From positions 6,552 to 70,551 of the forward strand of contig WREI01000003.1 of NCBI GenBank assembly GCA_009779405.1: a DNA stretch of 64,000 bases, read 5' to 3'. The notes beneath the pieces were generated by a model, which had not been told where the DNA came from, ran no database searches, and saw only the letters and a list, made by a program, of their open reading frames with translations. This DNA comes from Clostridiales bacterium (GTDB lineage Bacteria; Bacillota; Clostridia; Christensenellales; CAG-138). Both the position numbers and the translations under genes were made by a program. This document shows positions 37,529-46,591 of this stretch, piece by piece. Position 1 is the stretch's first letter. Each line of letters begins with the position of its first letter.

Positions 37529-38306
37529 CTTTCTCCTCCTGCATCAGCCGTATATAGGTCTCCTCCAGACTGATCTCCTCTTCCCCGTGCCGCATGCGCG
37601 CTTTCAGACGTGCCGCCGTGTCGAGCGCCAGCAACTCGCCGCCGCGTATGATGGCAATGCGATCGCAAAGTTCGTCTGCTTCATAGAGGTTGTGCGTCGT
37701 CAGCAATACGGTCGCGCCCTGCGCGCGCACATTGCGCACAATCTCCCGCAGCATCTGCGCGCCCAACGGATCCAACCCCACGGTCGGTTCGTCCAAAAAG
37801 AGCACCTCGGGGTTGTTAATCAGACCGCGCGCGATCTGCACGCGCTGGAGCATGCCCTTGCTGTAGGTCTCGCACTTGCGGTCCGCGTCGGCTTTCAGAT
37901 CCACCAACTCCAACAGTTCGGCAATACGTTCTTTGGCTACTTTCGGCGGTATTTTATACAGATTCGCGAAATATTGCAAGTTGTCCCGCGCGCTGAGTCG
38001 CCCGTAGACGCCCCGCTCCCCACCGAAGATAAAGCCGATACGCGGGCGAATATGCCGCTCCTCCCCGAAACAGTCATAACCCAGCACACGGCAAGTCCCG
38101 CTCGTCGGCGCAAGCAGGGTGATCAACATTTTGATGGTCGTGGTCTTGCCCGCGCCGTTTTGGCCCAGCAGCCCGAAGATTTCCCCCTGCTCCACAGAGA
38201 AGGTTAAGCCGCGCACGGCATGGATACTCTCCTTCTTGCGGCCCATAAATCCGCTCTTCCGCGTATAGTCGCGACATAGGTCCTGTACTTTAATCACCGT
38301 GGGCAT
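37521..38306 (-). CDS. ABC transporter ATP-binding protein
   Basis: The start MPTVIKVQDL at 38306 follows GGAGGT. Walker A is GQNGAGKTT, the signature is YSKGMLQR, and Walker B is VLFLDEPT. Confidence 0.85.
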   Translation of the reverse strand: MPTVIKVQDLCRDYTRKSGFMGRKKESIHAVRGLTFSVEQGEIFGLLGQNGAGKTTTIKMLITLLAPTSGTCRVLGYDCFGEERHIRPRIGFIFGGERGVYGRLSARDNLQYFANLYKIPPKVAKERIAELLELVDLKADADRKCETYSKGMLQRVQIARGLINNPEVLFLDEPTVGLDPLGAQMLREIVRNVRAQGATVLLTTHNLYEADELCDRIAIIRGGELLALDTAARLKARMRHGEEEISLEETYIRLMQEEKDG

Positions 38307-38454
38307 GGGATTACCTCCACATTTTAGTTCACACATTATAACATAGATTGTTCACAGATAAAACGCCGCACGGGCAAAGCTTTACGTTATACTGCCCGCG
38401 TATTATGGATAAGATGATGTCGAAGAATATGCATCGTCAGGAGGTAAGCTTATT

Positions 38455-39480
38455 ATGAAGAAAGTCATTGCACTTGTTTTGGCAATCCTGTTCGCGCTCT
38501 GCTTTGTGCCTGCCGCGCTGGCCGAGGAGGAAACGCCGGAAACCACGGATACCCCGACCGCCGTCCCCACCGCTGTCCCGACCGAGGAACCGCCGATAAC
38601 GCAGGCCCCGACCGAGACCCCGCAGGCAACGGAAGAGCCCGAAGCGACGCCGGATCCCGAGGAGACGCCCGCGCCCGAAATCATCAATGAAAACGCCCGT
38701 GTCACCATCGGCGCGGATCTGACCGAGGCACAGCGCGACCAGATCTACCGCGACTTCGGCATCACGAGAGGTACCGTACAGGAGATCATCGTCACCAACG
38801 CCGAGGAGCGCGCCATCCTGGAGGGCATCGTGTCCGAGCGCAAGATCGGCAAGCGCGCCCTATCCTGTGCGTATATCGAGGCCTTGCCCGAGGGTTCCGG
38901 CCTGACCATCGAGCTGTATAATATCAACTATTGCACCAAGGATATGTATAAGGGTGCGCTGCTCACCGCCGGCGTGACCGACGCGAAAGTGATTGTCTCC
39001 GCGCCGTTCGCCGTCTCCGGCACGGGCGCGCTGACGGGCATCTACAAGGCCTATGAGAGCATCAAGGGCTCCGAACTGTCCGATTTGGCCAAGATCATCG
39101 GCGCGGAAGAGCTGGTGTTGACCGGAGAGCTGTCCGAATATATCGGTTCCGAGGAAGCCACTGCCGTCATCGCCGAGCTGAAGGCGATATTGGATCGGAC
39201 GAAGGATATGTCGGATGACGAGGTGCGCGCCGAAATTCGGAAAATCGCGCAGGAAAACAATGTCTCCCTAACCGACAACCAAATCAACCAGCTAATCACG
39301 CTCTGCCGCCGCTATGAGGGCCTGGATGTGGCCGAATTGCAGGCGCGGCTCGTGGATCTTGCCAAGGGCGCGGAAGGCGCGGGCAAGTTCCTCCAGGGTC
39401 TGAGCGACGCGTGGGAAAGCGTCAAGGGCTTCTTTGTCGGCATCGGCAACTTCTTCGCAAAACTGTTTGGCGGGGGCTAA
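38455..39480 (+). CDS. Secreted DUF1002-like protein with a Pro/Thr/Glu-rich linker
   Basis: A signal peptide and a PT-rich linker are followed by a core resembling the DUF1002 (YpuA-like) family (TIGADLTEAQRDQIYRDFG...YNINYCTKDMY). Confidence 0.5.
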   Translation: MKKVIALVLAILFALCFVPAALAEEETPETTDTPTAVPTAVPTEEPPITQAPTETPQATEEPEATPDPEETPAPEIINENARVTIGADLTEAQRDQIYRDFGITRGTVQEIIVTNAEERAILEGIVSERKIGKRALSCAYIEALPEGSGLTIELYNINYCTKDMYKGALLTAGVTDAKVIVSAPFAVSGTGALTGIYKAYESIKGSELSDLAKIIGAEELVLTGELSEYIGSEEATAVIAELKAILDRTKDMSDDEVRAEIRKIAQENNVSLTDNQINQLITLCRRYEGLDVAELQARLVDLAKGAEGAGKFLQGLSDAWESVKGFFVGIGNFFAKLFGGG

Positions 39481-39589
39481 TCTGAATAAACGGATGAAAC
39501 GGGGCTGCATAAGCGGTCTCGTTTTCTTGTGCGCCAATGTAAAATCCCCGAAAAATCTTGCTATTATAAAGAAATACGGAAATATCCTA

Positions 39590-39618
39590 TTGACAACGCA
39601 ATCGTTATCCTATATCAT
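39590..39618 (+). promoter_or_regulatory. Sigma-A-type promoter upstream of rpmG
   Basis: TTGACA (39590-39595), a 17-nt spacer, then TATCAT (39613-39618). Confidence 0.45.
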
Positions 39619-39681
39619 ACCTACGCACCCCGCCGAGGGGTTGTTTTTTGGTGTACAGAACCTATATAAGGAGAAACAAAA

Positions 39682-39843
39682 ATGGCCGCAGAAGCACGCG
39701 TGAAGATCACATTGTCTTGCACGGAATGCAAGCAGAGAAACTACAATACGTTCAAGAACAAGAAGCATAATCCGGATCGCTTGGAGATGTCCAAGTATTG
39801 CCGATTCTGCCGCAAGCACACCGCGCACCGCGAATCGAAATAA
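39682..39843 (+). CDS. rpmG: 50S ribosomal protein L33 (Zn-ribbon C+ form)
   Basis: Not in the ORF track because it is under 60 aa. The translation is [62 protein letters not shown]. It occupies the usual position upstream of secE-nusG. Confidence 0.9.
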   Translation: MAAEARVKITLSCTECKQRNYNTFKNKKHNPDRLEMSKYCRFCRKHTAHRESK

Positions 39844-39853
39844 GAGGATAGGC

Positions 39854-41053
39854 ATGAAGAAGGCACTTGTGTTGATTGTGACCTTGCTGATGGTCGCAAG
39901 CATACTGGTTGGTTGTGGTCGCATTAGGGTCGATGAGACGTCAATGCCATACAATCCCGTTCCCAATATAATGGGGCTTGTATACAGTGATGCAAAATAT
40001 GTGCTTGAGATCGCGGGGTTCAGAGTTACAGAAATCGAAGTGGACGCAAGTTCCATATTGCCCAACAGCGCCTATGACAGATCCGTAAAGAAAGGCGAAG
40101 TTTTCAAGGTCAGCGATGAAGTAAATCCAAGATACGTTGATAACGAGATCAAACAAATGTCAAGAGACGGCAATGTGTTCATCTATTACGCAAAGGAAGA
40201 CTACCTTACGGATGATGTGACACCAACGGCGTCTCCGACGCCCCCGTCTCCAATGACGTCTCCCCCTGGCGACATCCCGATAGATGCCACCCATTTCCCG
40301 GACGCGAATTTCCGCGCTTTTCTGCAGAATGAGGTGAATCAAATGGACGGGAACGGCGTTGAATACGGTTGGGATGGGGAGCGTGACTGCATAGATGAGA
40401 ACCGTGACGGCGTCTTATCCGCTGCGGAAAGAGCGGAGATTACGAAGATAGATGTGCGAAAATTGGGGATTACCTCGCTGCAAGGCATTGCATACTTCCC
40501 CGCGCTGACGCACCTGTATTGCATGGATAACAGGATAGAATGGTTGGATGTATCCAATAATACGAAACTGATCGTGATAAATTGCAGGGGCAATCGTTTG
40601 AATGCGCTGGATCTCAGCGAGAACAAAGTGTTATCGCAACTGTGGTGCTATGACAACCCGAACATCCGCATATTGGACTTGCGCAATAACAAGAGCTTGG
40701 TCACGCTACGCTGCTCAAATACCGGGCTCAGCAGCTTGGATGTTTCCCAAAACCCCGAATTGGTACGCTTAGTGTGCGCCGACAACGAATTGACGAGCTT
40801 GGATGTCAGCAATAACAAAAAGTTGCACTTGATAGAGGTGTACGGGAACTATCTGCAGTCACTGAAGCTTTGGTCGGGGTATGCGGATCATGTCGAGAAT
40901 TTGCTGATACAGAACACACAGAAGTACTGGTGTAATGATTCCGTGAAACAGACCTTCCTCAGTGTTGGGGGCGATCAGTGGCCGTTTAGCATATCCGGTT
41001 GCGCCATCCCATGGGATTGGTATGACAGGCTGTTGATCAATATTGAACCGTAG
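39854..41053 (+). CDS. Lipoprotein with a PASTA-like segment and internalin-type leucine-rich repeats
   Basis: Lipobox at ILVGCG. The segment PNIMGLVYSDAKYVLEIAGFRVTEIEV is PASTA-like. It has about ten 22-residue LRRs (L..L.C..N.L..LD.S.N). The RBS overlaps the rpmG stop. Confidence 0.65.
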   Translation: MKKALVLIVTLLMVASILVGCGRIRVDETSMPYNPVPNIMGLVYSDAKYVLEIAGFRVTEIEVDASSILPNSAYDRSVKKGEVFKVSDEVNPRYVDNEIKQMSRDGNVFIYYAKEDYLTDDVTPTASPTPPSPMTSPPGDIPIDATHFPDANFRAFLQNEVNQMDGNGVEYGWDGERDCIDENRDGVLSAAERAEITKIDVRKLGITSLQGIAYFPALTHLYCMDNRIEWLDVSNNTKLIVINCRGNRLNALDLSENKVLSQLWCYDNPNIRILDLRNNKSLVTLRCSNTGLSSLDVSQNPELVRLVCADNELTSLDVSNNKKLHLIEVYGNYLQSLKLWSGYADHVENLLIQNTQKYWCNDSVKQTFLSVGGDQWPFSISGCAIPWDWYDRLLINIEP

Positions 41054-41128
41054 AGATTAGACGGCACGCGCCCACATATTTAACCCTCAAGAATGAAATG
41101 CGAAGATCGCAGAAAGGTACGATATAAA

Positions 41129-41458
41129 ATGGCAGACGAAAAGAAAATCGCAAGAAAACCCAAGAAGGAAAGAAAGTTCCGCCCGGGCCGCTATCTGAAA
41201 GAGATGTGGGGCGAGGTGAAGAAGCTTTCCTGGCTCTCCGTTCCCGACCTCGTGAAGCATACGATCGCGGTTATCGTGTTCGTGCTTCTGATGTCCGCAT
41301 TGGTATTTGGCTTCGATCAGGCTTTCGGCGCGGGCGTGAAGGCTCTTGGCAGCATCAGCGCGGGCGTGGAGACAGGGGAAACTGTGCCGCATGACCACGA
41401 CGGCGACGGCATACCCGACCATGGCGATGAGGACCACGAAGACAGCCCCGCTCCGTAA
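41129..41458 (+). CDS. secE: Preprotein translocase subunit SecE with an acidic, His-rich C-terminal extension
   Basis: MADEKKIARKPKKERKF...EVKKLSWLSVPDLVKHTIAVIVFVLLMSALVF is a typical SecE N-tail plus TM helix. It lies upstream of nusG. Confidence 0.8.
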   Translation: MADEKKIARKPKKERKFRPGRYLKEMWGEVKKLSWLSVPDLVKHTIAVIVFVLLMSALVFGFDQAFGAGVKALGSISAGVETGETVPHDHDGDGIPDHGDEDHEDSPAP

Positions 41459-41475
41459 CGGGAGGGAGGTAGCTT

Positions 41476-42054
41476 ATGCGTCAGGAAACGAAGTGGTATG
41501 TTTTGCATACCTATTCCGGTTATGAAAATCGGGTCAAAGAGGATTTGGAAAAATCCGTGGAAAACGCAAACCTCGGGGAAGTCATCCTGGAGGTGAAGTA
41601 TCCCACGGAGGAAGTCATTGAGGTGCTGCCCGGCGGCAAGCGCAAGACCACGACCCGCAAGATTTATCCGGGCTATGTCATGGTCAAAGTGTTGGTCGAC
41701 GTGGTGGAGCGCCCCCGCGCAAGCGGGCAGGGCGTCAGCTTAGATTTGGTGATGAACCCGCGCGCCTGGTATATCATGCGCAACACGCGCGGCGTCACGG
41801 GCTTTGTGGGCGCGGGCAGCAAGCCCAGCCCCCTCAGCGACGAGGAAGTCGTCGCCATGGGCGTGGAGCGCATCCCCATCGTGCTGGACATCGAAGTGGG
41901 CGAAACCGTGCGCGTCATCTCCGGCCCCTTGGAGAATTTCATGGGCAAGATAGACAGCATCGATATCGACCGCCAAAAGGTGAAGCTGCACGTCTCCATG
42001 TTCGGTCGCGACACCCCGGTGGAGTTGGATTTTATTCAGGTCCAGAAACTGTAG
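41476..42054 (+). CDS. nusG: Transcription termination/antitermination protein NusG
   Basis: NGN domain (KWYVLHTYSGYENRVKEDL) and KOW domain (GETVRVISGPLENFMGKI). Confidence 0.9.
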   Translation: MRQETKWYVLHTYSGYENRVKEDLEKSVENANLGEVILEVKYPTEEVIEVLPGGKRKTTTRKIYPGYVMVKVLVDVVERPRASGQGVSLDLVMNPRAWYIMRNTRGVTGFVGAGSKPSPLSDEEVVAMGVERIPIVLDIEVGETVRVISGPLENFMGKIDSIDIDRQKVKLHVSMFGRDTPVELDFIQVQKL

Positions 42055-42200
42055 GCTAAGTAATAAGTAAAAAGTAACAATGTAGAGAGCTATGCTCTCA
42101 ACGCGCCCTCTCTGCATTCTGCACTATTACTTATTCCTTATAAAGTGGCAGGGGAGGCACCCCGGACCACAACCCAATACTATATTAGGAGGAAACAGCA

Positions 42201-42626
42201 ATGGCAAAGAAGATTACCGGCTATGTGAAACTGCAAATTCCCGCCGGCAAAGCCACCCCCGCGCCGCCCGTCGGCCCCGTACTGGGCCAGCACGGCGTCA
42301 ACATCATGGGCTTCTGTAAGGAGTTCAACGAGCGCACCGCCAAACAGGTGGGGCTCATCATCCCCATCGTGATGACGGTGTATCAGGACAGATCCTTCAC
42401 CTTTATCACCAAGACCCCGCCCGCCGCCGTGCTCATCAAAAAGGCCGTCGGTATCGAGAGCGGTTCGGGCGTCCCCAACAAGACCAAGGTCGCCACGATC
42501 ACCCAAGCGCAGATCCGCGAGATCGCCGAGCTGAAAATGCAGGATCTCAACGCCGCCAGCTTGGAAGCCGCAGAGCGCATGGTCGCAGGCACCGCCCGCA
42601 GCATGGGCGTTGTCGTGGCACAGTAA
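42201..42626 (+). CDS. rplK: 50S ribosomal protein L11
   Basis: N-terminus [36 protein letters not shown]. Confidence 0.95.
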   Translation: MAKKITGYVKLQIPAGKATPAPPVGPVLGQHGVNIMGFCKEFNERTAKQVGLIIPIVMTVYQDRSFTFITKTPPAAVLIKKAVGIESGSGVPNKTKVATITQAQIREIAELKMQDLNAASLEAAERMVAGTARSMGVVVAQ

Positions 42627-42640
42627 GGGGGGGACAGAAT

Positions 42641-43330
42641 ATGAAACACGGTAAGAATTACGTCGCCAGTCGCGCATTGGTCGACTCCCTGAAACTCTAT
42701 GACGTTCGCGAGGGTCTCGAACTGGCGCTGCAAACCGCAAAGGCCAAGTTTGATGAGACCATCGAAGTCTCCGTCCGCTTGGGCGTCGACTCCCGCCATG
42801 CCGACCAGCAGGTTCGCGGCGCGGTTGTGTTGCCCCACGGCACAGGCAAAAAGCTGCGCGTCCTCGTGTTCGCCAAGGCGGACAAGGCGCGTGAAGCACA
42901 GGAAGCGGGAGCGGATTTCGTCGGTGATGAAGACCTCGTAAAGAAGATTCAGACCGAAAACTGGTTTGGGTTCGACGTCTGCGTCGCCACGCCTGATATG
43001 ATGGGCGTCGTCGGTCGCATAGGCCGCGTGCTCGGCCCCAAGGGCCTGATGCCCAACCCCAAGAGCGGCACGGTTACCATGGACGTCGCCAAGGCGGTCT
43101 CGGATATCAAGGCCGGTAAGGTCGAATACCGCGTGGATAAGACGAACATCGTCCACTGCCCTATCGGCAAAAAGTCTTTCGGCATCGAAAAGTTGGAAGA
43201 GAACCTTTCTACGCTGATGGAAGCCATCATCAAGGCCAAGCCTGCGGCAGCCAAGGGTACCTACATTAAGAGTCTCGTCGTCTCCTCGACCATGGGACCG
43301 GGCATCAAGCTGAATGCGCTGAAGTTCTAA
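42641..43330 (+). CDS. rplA: 50S ribosomal protein L1
   Basis: 229 aa. The segments [22 protein letters not shown] and [15 protein letters not shown] match L1. Confidence 0.95.
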   Translation: MKHGKNYVASRALVDSLKLYDVREGLELALQTAKAKFDETIEVSVRLGVDSRHADQQVRGAVVLPHGTGKKLRVLVFAKADKAREAQEAGADFVGDEDLVKKIQTENWFGFDVCVATPDMMGVVGRIGRVLGPKGLMPNPKSGTVTMDVAKAVSDIKAGKVEYRVDKTNIVHCPIGKKSFGIEKLEENLSTLMEAIIKAKPAAAKGTYIKSLVVSSTMGPGIKLNALKF

Positions 43331-43353
43331 GACTATCGTTATACTGCTTAAAT

Positions 43354-43389
43354 CGGTGAACTGCCCCGCAGTTCGCCGGTTGTTTTTTT
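43354..43389 (+). terminator. Intrinsic terminator after rplA
   Basis: CGGTGAACTGC-CCC-GCAGTTCGCCG stem followed by GTTGTTTTTTT. Confidence 0.7.
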
Positions 43390-43437
43390 ATCTAGCCTGT
43401 GATACCATATACGCGAAAACAGCAAAGGAGCAGGTCT

Positions 43438-44463
43438 ATGAAATTCACCTTACCCGAACCGCAATTCATTGCAGACGCAAGAAAGCAGAGCAAGGGGCGC
43501 AAACTCATCATCGAGTTGCTGATTTTCCTCTTGGTTTTCCTGATTTGCTCGGCCATATCGGGTGCAATCTCTACGCCCTTCATACTCCTTAGCCCCGCGT
43601 TTCGCGACTATGTAAGTGCCATCACGGCAGCGGCGAGCAGCGGCGCGTTATACCTCGAAACCGTATTCGAGCAAGCTGCCGTCTTCACGAATTCTTTATC
43701 GGCGCTTATGGTTTTCGTATCGCTCTTTGCCACCGCCGCAACCATAGGCGGCGTCTTGATCTATACGAGGTACATCGAAAAGCGTTCCCCGCCCACCCTG
43801 GGTCTGCGCAGGGCCAACGCAAAGCCCCTGTCGGAATATCTCCTCGGTCTTGGCATCGGCACCGCGATGCTCCTTGCGTCCGCCTTGATTTCCGCCGCGT
43901 TCGGCACGGTGCGCGCGTTCACCCTTGCGGATACCATACGCCCCCTGCCGCTGCTCCTGCTCTTTGTCGGATTCTTGATACAGGGCGCGTCCGAGGAGCT
44001 ACTGTGCCGGGGCTATCTGATGACCTCCATCGCGCGGCGCAGTAAGCCCATCGTAGCTATCATCGTCTCGGCCATCGTCTTCGGCTTACTGCATATAGCC
44101 AATGCCGGGCTGACCTGGCTTGCCATGTTGAACCTCATACTCTTTGGAGCCTTTGCCGCCGTATACTTTATCAAGCGTGGCAGCATTTGGGGCATAGCCG
44201 CCATCCATTCCGCCTGGAATTTTGTACAGGGCAACGTCATAGGCGTAGAAGTCAGCGGTTCCGGGATGGCGGACTCCATATTCCGTTTGTCCTTCCACCC
44301 GGGGCGCGACCTCATCACAGGCGGCTCTTTCGGCTTGGAGGGCGGTCTCGGTGTAAGCGTCGTCCTGATCCTCGGCATATTGATTACGCTCCTGACCAAA
44401 GCAAGGGAAGCGACGGAACCGGAGTTGTTGCCGAGCCAAGAAGCGCAGGCTGTCCCGCAATAA
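43438..44463 (+). CDS. CPBP-family intramembrane glutamic endopeptidase (CAAX/Abi-like)
   Basis: The start MKFTLPEPQ follows AAAGGAG. Motifs are SEELLCRGY and FGLLHIAN, and the protein is multi-TM. Confidence 0.75.
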   Translation: MKFTLPEPQFIADARKQSKGRKLIIELLIFLLVFLICSAISGAISTPFILLSPAFRDYVSAITAAASSGALYLETVFEQAAVFTNSLSALMVFVSLFATAATIGGVLIYTRYIEKRSPPTLGLRRANAKPLSEYLLGLGIGTAMLLASALISAAFGTVRAFTLADTIRPLPLLLLFVGFLIQGASEELLCRGYLMTSIARRSKPIVAIIVSAIVFGLLHIANAGLTWLAMLNLILFGAFAAVYFIKRGSIWGIAAIHSAWNFVQGNVIGVEVSGSGMADSIFRLSFHPGRDLITGGSFGLEGGLGVSVVLILGILITLLTKAREATEPELLPSQEAQAVPQ

Positions 44464-44488
44464 AGGCAATGGATATCTTCAGAAATCA

Positions 44489-44527
44489 AACACCTCTGCG
44501 TCGCACAGGGGTGTTATGTTTATTTTT
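44489..44527 (+). terminator. Intrinsic terminator after the CPBP protease gene
   Basis: AACACCTCTG...CAGGGGTGTT stem followed by ATGTTTATTTTTT. Confidence 0.65.
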
Positions 44528-44610
44528 TCATTCCCAAAACCAAACGCTCTCTTTCTTCGTCTAACATACGAACGTTCAAACAGCGGAGGAAACTATGGAG
44601 GACATACCGC

Positions 44611-45081
44611 GTGACAAATGACGAATTCTCGGAACGCATACTTGCGATGACCCAAACCCTATACCGCGTCAGCTATGCGCACCTGTCGCAGAGCTGCGAC
44701 CGCAACGATGCGGTGCAGGAATGCCTGTGCAGGGCCTGGCAGAAGCGGCATCAACTCAAGGATGCGTGCTATATGCAGACCTGGGTGATCCGCATCCTTA
44801 TCAACGCCTGCCACGATATACAACGGAAACGGGGGAGGGAAGTGCCGGGCCCGGGCGATGCATGGGCAACACTGCCCGCCGCTCCACCCGATGCGGACGT
44901 GGAATTGCACGATGCACTGTTACGGTTGGAGCCCGCTCTGCGCGTGCCGATAGTCCTGCACTATATGGAGGGTTATGCGATCCGTGAAATCGCGCAAATC
45001 CTGCGCTTGCCGGAGGGCACGATAAAGACACGTATGGCAAGCGGGCGGCGAGCCTTGAAACACATGCTATCGGAGGTATAA
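44611..45081 (+). CDS. ECF-type RNA polymerase sigma factor
   Basis: The GTG start lies 8 nt after GGAGGA. It has region 2 (DAVQECLCRAWQK) and a region 4 HTH (YAIREIAQILRLPEGTIKTRMASGR). Confidence 0.8.
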   Translation: MTNDEFSERILAMTQTLYRVSYAHLSQSCDRNDAVQECLCRAWQKRHQLKDACYMQTWVIRILINACHDIQRKRGREVPGPGDAWATLPAAPPDADVELHDALLRLEPALRVPIVLHYMEGYAIREIAQILRLPEGTIKTRMASGRRALKHMLSEV

Positions 45082-45082
45082 G

Positions 45083-46195
45083 ATGCGGGATATAGACTTG
45101 AAAAACGCGTTTGGAACGGCGGATCGTGACTTCCATAGGAACCTCTATTTCACCTTGGCAAAATTGCAAGCAGAAAGAGAGAGCAAACCCATGAAAAAAA
45201 GATTCGCACGCAGACTGTGCCTTGTTTTAACAGTCGCACTGATGCTCATATTGATTACTGGTGCCGCGTTGGCGCTGAGCAATGCCTGGGGCATGATGGA
45301 TTTCCTTCGCGAAAGGAGCGGCGTGGAGGTTCTGCCCGAAGCCGTCGATATCGTTCAAAAAGGAATGCCGCAAACGGGCGCGCAGACCGAGCATGCCAAC
45401 TTCTCGGTGCGCGAGGCGATCTACGATGGACAAGTCGTCTATATTGTCGTGGATGCCAAGCCGACCCGGCCCGATTACCTGCTCCTGGGCGGCGATACCT
45501 GGCCGGAGTATCCCATCAGTGACTTGGGCCCCTTGTTTGAAGACAGAGACGGCTTGATAGAGACCTATGCTGCCGAAAACAATTTGATCTGTGTCAAGGC
45601 GGATATCGGATCGCCGGATGATGCCACAGAAGGCTCCATGGATTACATTGTGGAAGCCGACGGAACGCTTGTCTTTATGCTCAAATTCAAATATGACAGC
45701 GCAGACGCTGAGCTTGCGTTCAGCATAGGATGCGTAAGTGCTTTGTTTATCGAAAGCGAAGGACAGACGAAAATAGACATAGACAATCTGCAGATAAGTA
45801 CGCTGACCGCCGCGCTCCGCAATACAGGCACGGAAACGGTGGTCAGCACAGCGACGGCAACCTATGCCGACTGCGGCGTCCGCGTGGACAAAATCACTCT
45901 CACAGGTTCGGCCATGGCAATCTACGCGAGAATAGAGTATACGGTGACCGACGTGGAAAAATTCGCCCAAATGGACGGCTGCCTGTGGTTTGAGTTTGTG
46001 GATGCAAATGGCGAGCGTCTGCCCATGGGCGCGTATGGCGGCGCTTCCGTGCAGGCATTGGACGAAAGCGGCACGCGCTTTGAACTGACGGACAACTTGC
46101 GGGCTGCGGCAACCCTGCCCTCGAAAGTCATCCTGCGCGCCTACCGCTACGACGAGCAAATCCGATACGAAACGCATAGCTTCGGAATGGAATAA
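45083..46195 (+). CDS. Putative anti-sigma factor (DUF4179-like, single TM, extracytoplasmic domain)
   Basis: It starts 1 nt after the sigma gene stop. A short cytoplasmic N-terminus is followed by the TM helix LCLVLTVALMLILITGAALA. Confidence 0.55.
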   Translation: MRDIDLKNAFGTADRDFHRNLYFTLAKLQAERESKPMKKRFARRLCLVLTVALMLILITGAALALSNAWGMMDFLRERSGVEVLPEAVDIVQKGMPQTGAQTEHANFSVREAIYDGQVVYIVVDAKPTRPDYLLLGGDTWPEYPISDLGPLFEDRDGLIETYAAENNLICVKADIGSPDDATEGSMDYIVEADGTLVFMLKFKYDSADAELAFSIGCVSALFIESEGQTKIDIDNLQISTLTAALRNTGTETVVSTATATYADCGVRVDKITLTGSAMAIYARIEYTVTDVEKFAQMDGCLWFEFVDANGERLPMGAYGGASVQALDESGTRFELTDNLRAAATLPSKVILRAYRYDEQIRYETHSFGME

Positions 46196-46214
46196 GCTTA
46201 TCGGTCAATCAAAC

Positions 46215-46245
46215 AACCCCCGTGCATTGCGGGGGTTTTGTATTG
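46215..46245 (+). terminator. Intrinsic terminator after the anti-sigma gene
   Basis: AACCCCCG-TGCATTG-CGGGGGTT followed by TTGTATTG. Confidence 0.7.
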
Positions 46246-46268
46246 TGCTTTGGCAACCTGACGCTATT

Positions 46269-46304
46269 CTTGACGCTACCCACACCCCGTAAATAGCGTC
46301 AAAA
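46269..46304. repeat. Left 36-nt inverted repeat arm, itself a hairpin
   Basis: Sequence CTTGACGCTACCCACACCCCGTAAATAGCGTCAAAA, with an internal 9-bp stem TTGACGCTA/TAGCGTCAA. Its reverse complement matches 46556-46591 at 34 of 36 positions. Confidence 0.85.
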
Positions 46305-46555
46305 ACGACAAAAGCGACAGGAGCGTCGGCAATAGGCAGTGTAGCCTGGTTCAATGCGACAATGTTCAGTGCGCAATGTTCAGTATAGAACCCATTGCGC
46401 GTTGCGCGTTGAGCATTGATGCATTGCCGCAACTTTATTTCGGCATAAAAAAACTATGGATTGCGCCATCGTGGAGTTATCATTAAATAAGTCCAATTTA
46501 TTACCATGTATATACTACCTATATCATTATATTGATTTCTTGACACTGTTGGCGC

Positions 46556-46591
46556 TTTTGACGCTATTTACAGGGTGCGGGTAGCGTCAAG
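46556..46591. repeat. Right 36-nt inverted repeat arm, itself a hairpin
   Basis: Sequence TTTTGACGCTATTTACAGGGTGCGGGTAGCGTCAAG. It is the inverted copy of 46269-46304. Confidence 0.85.

Noticed and set aside
38530-38690. Repetitive Pro/Thr/Glu-coding DNA. The same type occurs at 50320-50440.
   Set aside because: These are low-complexity linker regions within secreted proteins. They are not DNA-level repeat elements or CRISPR-like arrays.
39625-39650. A hairpin plus U-tract (ACCCC-GCCGA-GGGGT followed by TGTTTTTTGG) in the rpmG 5' UTR, considered as an attenuator.
   Set aside because: The stem is only 5 bp, which is too weak to call a terminator without experimental or comparative support.
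44595-44621. An 8-codon mini-ORF (MEDIPRDK*) overlapping the GTG start of the ECF sigma gene.
   Set aside because: Its Shine-Dalgarno spacing is only 4 nt. The GGAGGA within it is ideally spaced (8 nt) for the sigma GTG start, so it is most likely incidental.
46205-46432. A 75-aa minus-strand ORF inside the hairpin element.
   Set aside because: It runs through a terminator stem and the inverted-repeat hairpin, has no RBS, and is not recognisable as a protein.
46269-46591. Interpretation of the inverted repeats as an invertible promoter switch (inverton).
   Set aside because: I could not find a convincing -35/-10 pair inside the invertible segment. Both flanking genes point towards it, so there is no gene for it to drive. 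No recombinase gene is in the window. It is kept only as a minor alternative within the corresponding finding.
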